Shown here: positions 50,150 through 64,000 of the stretch, piece by piece | Layout: each line of letters starts with the position of its first letter | How positions within the stretch are numbered: position 1 is the first letter of the stretch | Origin: the human T2T-CHM13v2.0 reference genome, Homo sapiens | Direction: 5' to 3' | Length of the DNA stretch: 64,000 bases | Assembly: GCA_009914755.4 (NCBI GenBank) | Contig: CP086569.2 | Coordinates: 1,952,001 to 2,016,000 of the forward strand | Position numbers and translations under genes: made by a program | The notes under the pieces: model-generated | Told to the model about the DNA's origin: nothing | Databases searched by the model: none | Seen by the model: only the letters and a program-made list of their open reading frames with translations

Positions 50150-50560
50150 AAACAGGACCGAGAGCCCCGACCAACTACAAAGCCCATTTGCATAACCGAT
50201 TAGGGTGGGCAACCAGCCTTTCCTGTGGGCTATGTAAATGTCATGCTTGATGGAACCAATCTCTCGGAGAGCCCCGACCAACTACAAAGCCCATTTGCAT
50301 AAACGATTAGGGTGGGCAACCAGCCTTTCCTGTGGGCTATGTAAATGCCATGCTTGATGGAACCAATCTCTGAGCTCTATGTAAATGAGACACCGCCTCC
50401 TCAAACTGGACTATAAAATCCATCACATTTGGTGCCAGCTGGTCCTTTCCGCTCGGAGACCCCTTTCTCTATAGAGAAAACCATTTCTCTTTCTCTTCTC
50501 TTCTCCTGATTAAACTTCCACTCCTAAACTCCTCGTGTGTGTCTTTGTCCTAAATTTTCC
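50150..50560 (+). promoter_or_regulatory. retroviral-LTR-like promoter module (U3-R-like): 2 x 107-bp direct repeat, CCAAT (50366-50375), TATAAAA (50412-50418), ATTAAA (50508-50513)
   Basis: gagagccccgaccaactacaaagcccatttgcata..cgattagggtgggcaaccagcctttcctgtgggctatgtaaatg.catgcttgatggaaccaatctc is duplicated at 50160 and 50267. It is followed by ggactataaaatccatcac and ...cctgattaaacttcc. Confidence 0.45.
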
Positions 50561-50835
50561 TGATGCCCAATGACGAACCCCAGGGTATATACCCCAGACA
50601 ACGTAGCCACTTCACTAACATGTAGAGAGCTTGCGCATTTTAATTCCTATCCTCACAATAGGCAAAGAGCAGAACATACTGAAAATCAGCAACTCTGCGA
50701 TCCATCAGAAAATAGAGATCACAAGACGAAATGCTGCCTGAAGACTGGACAGACAGGTGGCAAGTGGAATTGTGCTTGTCTAGGAGTTCCTGCTGGAGCC
50801 AGCACCTGATGGACACATTTGCAGGGTAATTATTA

Positions 50836-51225
<390 letters not shown>

Positions 51226-51448
51226 TCACAAATTTTACCTCCGGGAGCTCCACCAGGTTCCCAGGGTGAAGATCAAAGAAATATCCAGTTGTGTGTTATT
51301 GGGGGAAAGTAACCACTTTGCAATATTCCTAGGGAGACAGTAGCATTTTGAAGTATGCCCAAAGCAATCCGTGTCCTCTCTGCCCTCAAAGTAAATTACT
51401 TTAGCGCAGTCAAAGTGACCTGGGGGAAGGGAAATCTTCTATTTCAGT

Positions 51449-51754
<306 letters not shown>

Positions 51755-51879
51755 CAGATTTCAGTTTCTATTAGCTTTCAACAACACTTTTCGTGCATGA
51801 GTGACGCTGGCGGCCATGTACTCAGCCATTCCATCAAGGTTCCAAGCAGCAAAGCTGCAAAATGGATCTGACTCCTTCA

Positions 51880-52080
51880 GTGAAGAAGAGTCTCCCTGAA
51901 TGCATTGGAAACACTCATGAGATGCTACTGAAGCAAGTAAGGGAAGCCTGACTGTGGACATGCTCTCTGTCTCTTAGGCTCACAGTACTCCAACCACAGA
52001 AACGAGATGCCTCAAGGGAGGCAGAGGCAGAAAGAAGCCATCACTATAAACCCAAGAATAAAGCCAGCAGAGCTACAGTG
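51880..52080 (+). mobile_element. old interspersed repeat (paralogue of 47880-48115)
   Basis: gaatgcattggaaacactcatgagatgctactgaagcaagtaagggaagcctgactgtggacatgctctctgtctcttaggctcacagtactccaaccacagaaacgagatgcctcaagggaggcagaggcagaaagaagccatcactataaacccaagaataaag. Confidence 0.45.
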
Positions 52081-52269
52081 ATGGCCTGTGTGCTGCAGGT
52101 GAGCATCACCTTGTTGTAAGGCCACAGGCTTTCCTGGCCACCCTGCTCAGTTGGCCTCGTGGTGGGAGTCACTAGACTCAAGATAGACCCAGCCAGACCA
52201 TCTGGTTAGAGCTACCCAAGGAAAAGCCATTGTCAGCACAAAGTCACTGGAGTCTTAGAATGCACAGCT

Positions 52270-53440
<1,171 letters not shown>

Positions 53441-54704
53441 TTTCATCCTGTTCCTTTCCTCAGGTGGTGTTGCAGAGTACCCCAGCATCTTTAGGTGGTG
53501 GTAGAAGAGACTCCAGCATCTGCCATAACCCCCGGAAGAGTGTTCTGTATGTTACACTGTGGGGAGGTTTTCCTCAAAGCATTAGAGTGATCTGAACAAT
53601 GGGAATCTTTGCACAGAGGAGGATGAGTTCTACTCGGGGATGGTACCTACTAAGAGAGACATGTTGTCTTCTCTTCAATTGCCCTTTAACGAAGAAATAA
53701 AAATTATTTAATTATTCGGTGAAGAAATAAAAAGAGTATTGCATTCTTTCAACAGAGATTCTGCACTTGTACTCCCAGGTATTTATGAAACCTCATGTTG
53801 ATGCCTGGTGCATAGGCCAGGCAGTGGGGCTCTACCTAAGTAATGCCTGGTGGTTGGCCATGGGTAGCTGGAGCACCAATAGCATACTCTAATAGTCCAT
53901 GACATCGGTCTACTCAAGGGCCATGGCTCAAATAGAAGGCTTTGTTTGGAGGAATTCAAAAGAGGTTCTACTGAGAAGGAACCTATGAATCAGTGCTGCC
54001 ACAATACTTTTGGATTGTGCGGTTCAAACGCCATATTGGTTTTCTTCCAGCTCTCCAGCTCCAGCAGCACTGAGGCAGATCTGAGTTTCTCGAAGCTGGG
54101 CCCATCACCAACAAGACAGTGATGGTGAAAGCAATGATAGAAGAGGTCGAATTTAGAGTAAGGATCAGGATGGACAGGTGGGTACATCTATGCAACCCTA
54201 ACCTTTCTGAAACTACTAGGCATAGATATTTTCCTGAAGACTAGTCTCAGCCTGCATGGATGGTCCCTCATGGCTACTGTCTCATTTGAAAAGTGAACCT
54301 ATGAAAAGAGGAAAACACTATGACATCCACCACTGTTTGGTCACACCAATTCTTGACATTAACTCTCTCGAAGGACATTAGTATGACCTTCAAATCCTAG
54401 CCCGCAGGAAAGCTTCACTTTAGTTGTTTGTTTCCTGGGTGTCCCTTCCTACAACCCACGAGGCAAATGCCACACACCCTCCTTACATGCATAAAACAGT
54501 GCTGATAATGGATGAAACACACAAGTATCAGCTCATGCCTGCACTTTCAGAGAAAACACTCTTGCTTAGACCATGGGTATGTCAAGCTGCCAAGGATACA
54601 AAAGGTAAAACAATCCAAGGGCAACAGATGGTTCATGACAAAGAACTAAGAGGGCAGCACTGCGATTCCAAAAATTTGGATATGGACGTCAATGAGAGTG
54701 AATG

Positions 54705-54880
54705 AGAGAGAAGGAGAGAGACAGAGGGAGAGAGGGGGGGGAGGGAGGGAGAGAGAGAGAGAGAGACAGAGAGAAAGGAAGGAGGAGGAGGAGAAAGGAA
54801 GGAGGAGGAGGAGAAAGAGGAGGAGGAGAAGCAGGAGGAGGGGGAAGAGGAGGTGAAGGAGAAGGGAAAAAAAAAGTAGA
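54705..54880. repeat. GA/GGA-rich polypurine repeat
   Basis: gagagaaggagagagacagagggagagagggggggg...aggaggaggaggagaaag... Confidence 0.9.
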
Positions 54881-54883
54881 AGG

Positions 54884-55500
<617 letters not shown>

Positions 55501-56071
55501 GGCCTCAGTAGAAGAAAAGAGAATGAGCAAAGAGCCTGGTCCAGGCCACTCTAAATGTCTCTCAAATGTTAAAGACTGATGAAGGAGGAGCAGGAAGACT
55601 TATCACACGTCCAAGGAGACAATGTTGAGCGACCCGCAAACTTAGCAGAAGGGAGAACAGGCTCTGGAGATGTCCAGTAATGGGGTAGAGCCCAGACTCC
55701 CACACTTGGTAGTTGTACCCTTCAACCTGGAGAGGCCTCAGTTTTCTCATCAGTGAAATGGGCCCAAGAATAGTATCTATCTCAAGAAACCATTTTCTCT
55801 GCTCCTTCATGAGAAGAAACTCCTCTTCCATTCCAGTTTTATCATGAGATTACAGGAGTTCAGTCCCATCTTCAACCTGCACCTTTACTTCTGCTATTTT
55901 CACCATAGCAGAAGTGACTTCCTCCACTGAAGTCTTGAACCCCCTCAATGTCATTCATGAATATTGGAATTCACTTTTTCCCGATTTCTGTTAATGTGGA
56001 TATCTTAACTTCCTGCCATGAATCACCAAGGTTCTAAATGGCATTCAGAATGAGGAATCCTTTCAGGAAGG

Positions 56072-56399
<328 letters not shown>

Positions 56400-57954
56400 T
56401 GACTCGAATTTTGAAAAAAGTTCTACTCTGGGTAAAACCCTATCAAACAGCATCGCTTGATACAGAAAAATCTTTCATGACAGAAAGGGTCAACTGATGT
56501 GACAAACATCACTGTTGTCTATTTTAAGAAATTGCCAAAGCACCCTCTACCCTCAGCAACCACCACCCTGATCAGTCCACAGCCAGCAACATTGAGGCAA
56601 GACTCTCCACCAGCAATAAGGTTTTGACTCGCGAAATGTTCAGATAATTGTTAGTATTGTTTACCAATAAAGTATGCTTAAATTAAAAAATATATATCGT
56701 TGGAATGGTGTATGGATACACCACAAAACAGTCTTAGCATAATGCTCACCATTCACTAAGTGCTCAATAACGACATTATTAACTTTGCCAATTCCTCTGT
56801 TTATTGCTCAGAAGGATGATGCATTTGTCAGGAGAAGCAAAGAAAAAGATTCTTGAAAAGATCATGGTGACATTGCTGAAAGGTCGGGGAGAAAACACAA
56901 ACAGACTGAATGGGTCCTGTGAAGCTCAAGGGTGTGGGTAGCTCGTAAGAAAGGCTATGAGCAGAGATTACGCTGGAGAAATATGCCAGGAAGGGAAGGG
57001 AAGGGATGGTCAGAAGCTAGTTAGTGTGTGCAGTGATATTTTCACAATGCTTTTGAAATCAGCGTGTTAATTGGCTAAATGAGCCACTGGCTGGATGACA
57101 GTATGTGAGCATTAGCTGCTCTATGTCAGCTGGGATTCTAGGAAAACAGATTGTGCCAAACATTTGGATATCCAGAGGAGGCACAACAACTGTGCATTAG
57201 AAATAGGACTTATGTTTCCCACCCAACTACCTCTCTCTGGGGCCTGACCTGCCGTCTAAAAACAGTCCACCCCAATGCAGCCTCCAGTCACTCTGCCAGG
57301 TATTGACCCAGAGTCTTGATTCTATGCAACAAATAAGATCTTTGCATTTTAACCCATTGAGTTTTAGTAAGAATCTTCGACAAGAAGATTTCTTCCAGAG
57401 AACCAAAGCAGGAGTTGCAAGATTGCAAAGGGCACACTGAGGTCTTAAATATCCATCTGATTTGGCCAGGAATGTGATCGATCAAAAACTCAGGAATTTT
57501 CCTGGTCATCGTTGTCTAACGTGTATTCAGAATGTACTCTGCGGTGAGTACCATTTTACGAAAAGACTCACTGGCCAAGACTATGGGCGTGAGGTAACTA
57601 ACAATCAGGGGGCTTGGTTTCATTTTGTTGAAAAAAAGTTCAACAAAGACATCCACAAAGAAATAGGTGATGGGCCTTTGCCTACTCATTTCTTTGCTCG
57701 TTTTGCTATTTACCCATTCCCCTGTTTTCTTGCCCTGTAAAATGGACACAATACTCAAGCTTCCCATTGGTGTCAATGTTTACATTCACGATGGGTAAAA
57801 AAAGGTATTTCATGATTTGAAAAGTGTGATGCATTTTATTCTTTTTTATAACTTTAACACCTTTTAATTTTTTGAACGTTTTTGAGTCATCATAACACAT
57901 AGCTTAAAACACATACACACGTGGTGCAGCTGTACAAACATGTATTTTTTTAAA

Positions 57955-58820
<866 letters not shown>

Positions 58821-59113
58821 TTTTTTTTTTTTTTTTTTTTTTGAGACACAGTCTTACTCTGTCACCCAGGCTGGAGTGCAATGGCATGATCTTGGCTCAC
58901 TGCAACCTCCACCTCCTAGGTTCAAGTGATTCTCCCTGCCTTAGCCTCCCAAGTAGCTGGAATTCTAGGCACCTGCCACCATGCCTGGCTAATATTGGTA
59001 TTTTTAGTAGAGACGGAGTTTCGCCATGTTCGCTAGACTGGTCTCGAACTCCTGACCTCAGGTGATTCGCGTGCCCTGGCTGGGATTACAGGCGTGAGTC
59101 ACCGGACCCAGCC
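58821..59113 (-). mobile_element. Alu
   Basis: A 27-T run then gagacacagtcttactctgtcacccaggctggagtgcaatggcatg...gcgtgagtcaccggacccagcc. Confidence 0.95.
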
Positions 59114-59134
59114 GCCTATTTTCTTTCTTTAAGA

Positions 59135-59395
59135 GATAAGGTCTTGGTCTCTCAGCCAGGCTGGAGTGCAGTGATTTGAGCACATCTCACTGCAGCCTCA
59201 AACTCCTGGGCTCAAGTGATCCTCCCGCCTCAACCTCCCCAGTAGCTGGGACCACATGCACACACCACCATGCCCAGCTATTTTTGAAAAATTTTTGTAG
59301 AAATGGCATCTTGCTGTGTTGCCCAAGCTGCTCTCAAAGTCCTGAGCTCAAAATAATCCTCCATCTTCTGAAAGCATTGCGATTATGGGTGTGAA
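59135..59395 (-). mobile_element. old diverged Alu (AluJ/FAM-like)
   Basis: ggtcttggtctctcagccaggctggagtgcagtgatttgagc...cctcccgcctcaacctccccagtagctgggaccacatgcacacaccaccatgcccagctatttttg... Confidence 0.7.
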
Positions 59396-59557
59396 GTTTC
59401 TTTGACTTTAATATTTTAACTTAATTTATAACAGTATTTTTGAATAAGGGACTCTATCCATCACTATTTAATTCTATAATTGTATATATTTGCAGGCCCC
59501 TCCAAGCCTTTGTGAACCCTGAATATCTGAGATGGTGTCAGTTAATTTAGAAAGTTA

Positions 59558-60428
<871 letters not shown>

Positions 60429-60529
60429 TAAAACGGGAGGCAAGTTTGCTCTGAGAAGTTCCCAGCTTGACTTTTCCCTTGAGCTTAGTGATTTGGGGAC
60501 CCCAAGATTTTCCTTTCAAACCTTCTTAA

Positions 60530-60968
<439 letters not shown>

Positions 60969-61257
60969 TGCAGTAGTGAGTCTTAGTCACTCACTGTGAA
61001 GTTCCCTGCAGTTTCTTTTTCAAAAGCATTTTGCTGTGGATAACGCATTCTCATTACGTCAGACATCTGCAGTAACATTTATCTAGCAACAAGGTTAACT
61101 GCCTTCACATCAACAAAAACAGGTTGTGTTGCCAGCAAAGAAGAATGCCAGTTCTCTTTTCCATCCCATAATACTTGTCATCAGTACTGGGGTATCCTGT
61201 TCACCTTCTCCCATGCTGTGAGATTAATTTAGAGAACATATTCACGGTATTTTGTTT

Positions 61258-61436
<179 letters not shown>

Positions 61437-61482
61437 TAAACTTGTTGTGGCTTTAAGACTTCCAAGTGTGTGGTCGTTTATT

Positions 61483-61511
61483 ACAGCAGCCCTAAGATAG
61501 ATAGATAGATA
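61483..61511. repeat. (GATA)n microsatellite
   Basis: cctaagatagatagatagatatagatagatttatt. Confidence 0.85.
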
Positions 61512-61640
61512 TAGATAGATTTATTTTACTTTAAGTTGCAAGATACATATGCAGAACATGCAGGTTTGTTACATAGGTATACATGTGCCATGCTGGTTTC
61601 CTGCACCCATCAACCCGTCATCTAGGTTTTAAGCCCTGCT
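61512..61640 (-). mobile_element. L1 3'UTR fragment, antisense
   Basis: tttaagttgcaagatacatatgcagaacatgcaggtttgttacataggtatacatgtgccatgctggtttcctgcacccatcaacccgtcatctagg. Confidence 0.85.
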
Positions 61641-61644
61641 TGCA

Positions 61645-61765
61645 TTAGAAATGGGGTTTCGCCATGTTGGCCAGGCTGGTCTTGAACTCCTGACATCATG
61701 ATCCACCCACCTCGGCCTCCCAAAGTGCTGGGATTACAGGCGTGAGCCACCGCGGCTGACCTTTA
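61645..61765 (-). mobile_element. Alu left-monomer fragment
   Basis: aatggggtttcgccatgttggccaggctggtcttgaactcctgacatcatgatccacccacctcggcctcccaaagtgctgggattacaggcgtgagccaccgcggctgacc. Confidence 0.85.
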
Positions 61766-62688
61766 TTGCTCTTTCTATGTAAAACCAGAAAAGCCAACAA
61801 AGCTATTTCCCGTAATGACATGCCCAAGTCCTAACCCCCAAACACCGTGAATGTGAACTGATTTGCGAATAGGGTCTTGGTAGATGCATTCTCGTTAAGG
61901 ATATCAGGACAGGATCATCCCAGGTTCAGGACTGATGGACACTTCAAACTTTCATTCTATATTCTTTCACACGAGTAGTGTTGTTTGGCTCTGAGAAGCA
62001 CTTTCATTTTTATTTCCAGGCAATTTCATATCGTTCTCTTCAATTCAGTGAGTGCAAAAGAAGCAAGACAGGGAGTGATATAAAATTACTGCTAATAGAA
62101 AATTCACTTTTAATCTTGCTTAAAACAAGTTTTTTTGTTTTTTGTTTTTTTGTAAAATGAAGGAGAGAGCTGAACTTCAAGGATGCGAATTTATTTCCAC
62201 ACAGGGGAGAAACACTGATTGGAGAAAATTTACAGTTGCTGTTTAGACACTTGAGCCTCAGGATCGAGAAAAGGTGCACCTCTTAGATGGGCCTTAAATT
62301 GGAGATGATGATATCTAACCACCTGGAGACGGGAAAGTAGGTGTCACTCAATGCTGAACGGTGCTACTCATCTGTGAGATTGTATAATGAAGTTTTGGAG
62401 ACTGAGCCTGTACCTTCATCTGTTCTTTAACCAATGCACACTTAACAAGCACGTCATGTTTAGCTGCTCAGCAGAGCTTCCTTCTTCAGAAACAGAGACG
62501 GGGTGCGGAGGCATTTTACAACCCAGGGGGCTCCAGCTTCATAGACTGTCTTGTGAGGATCTATGCTGTTACTCTGAGGATCAGCGTTGGTTTTCCAAGT
62601 CCTTCATGAACATAACAAGTCAATGATAAGACGACAAGTTCCACCGCTGTGCCTCAGCTGAGACAAAAAAAAAAAAAAGCTGGAATCA

Positions 62689-63111
<423 letters not shown>

Positions 63112-63129
63112 TCAGGTTAAAATGTAAGC

Positions 63130-63510
63130 CTCAGTGCTGGATGGGAGGTCGAATGGGAGGGGTTTGAGCAACGGACGATGGATTCTTCCTGAAGAGATCA
63201 ATGTCCTTTCTTGAAGCATGAGTGAGTTTTTACTCTATGAGTTCTCCACAGGCTGGTTGTTAAATAGAGCCTGGCGTCTCCCGTCTGTCTTCCCTCCTGT
63301 CTCTTCGTGTGGTCTCTGTACACATACCAGCTCCCCTTCCCGTTCCACCATGAGTGGAAGCCTCCTGAGGTCCTCAGCAGAGACAGATGCTGGCCCTGTG
63401 CTTCTTGTACAGCCTGCAGAATCATAACCCAAATAAACCTCTTTCCTCTATAAATTATCCAGCCTCCAGTGTTCCTTTCTAGTGACACAAAACCGACGAA
63501 GACACCCCAG
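63130..63510 (+). mobile_element. ERVL-MaLR MLT1-type LTR fragment
   Basis: ctggttgttaaatagagcctggcg...ccaccatgagtggaagcctcctgaggtcctcagcagagacagatgctggccctgtgcttcttgtacagcctgcagaatcataacccaaataaacctctttcctctataaattatccagcctccag. Confidence 0.65.
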
Positions 63511-63753
63511 CTCTCTCTACCATGGGGTATTTATGTCACTAGTGATGACCGTCCTGACAAGGGGCCAGCCCTGCAGTTCCCACGAGACCACCTACTTCCC
63601 ACTCCCCATATGAGCTCAGAAACTTCCGGAAGCTGGTACACTCATGGAATGATAATCCATATAATTTCCGCAACGAGATGTGATGTAGTATCATGCTTAC
63701 TTAAGTGATCCTGAATATACTCTTTTTGTGTGTTTTTCTTTAATTTTCCATAA

Positions 63754-64000
<247 letters not shown>

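Overview
This 64 kb window is primate (almost certainly human) nuclear genomic DNA, not a prokaryotic locus. It is extremely repeat-dense, and I could not support any protein-coding gene, rRNA, tRNA or CRISPR array from the sequence.

**Alu content.** About 55 Alu copies or fragments, in both orientations, cover roughly a quarter of the window. Many have visible A-tails and target-site duplications.

**Other interspersed elements.** There are several L1 3'-end fragments, ERVL-MaLR-type LTRs, and two copies of a Tigger2/MER2-like DNA-transposon remnant that show recognisable terminal inverted repeats.

**Simple and tandem repeats.** These are unusually long and numerous:
- a 1.6 kb GA-rich array with an 89-bp period;
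- a 1.47 kb G-rich (GGGGA/GGAGG)n block;
- a 0.7 kb (GGAT)n tract;
- a 0.8 kb GGAA/GGGA-rich tract;
- two unrelated 49-bp tandem arrays;
- tandem repeats with ~168-bp and ~175-bp units;
- a satellite-like TTCATTCA array containing a strand inversion;
- a 21/14-bp minisatellite.

**ORF track.** Every long ORF in the six-frame track is a translation of low-complexity repeat DNA or of an Alu read antisense.

**Features worth a second look.**
- An LTR-like promoter module at 49.8-50.6 kb: a 49-bp hairpin repeat array, duplicated 107-bp blocks, CCAAT, TATAAAA and ATTAAA.
- The two Tigger2-like elements, each carrying an antisense Alu at the same position in the 3' inverted repeat.
- A trimeric Alu, a tandemly duplicated Alu-plus-flank unit, and a MaLR LTR whose 3' half is triplicated.
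- A ~175-bp tandem family with a displaced copy 2.7 kb away.
- Recurrent Alu insertions into GA-rich polypurine tracts.
- Two short CpG-retaining unique segments.

Repeat family names are given from memory of the consensus sequences and should be confirmed with RepeatMasker/Dfam.
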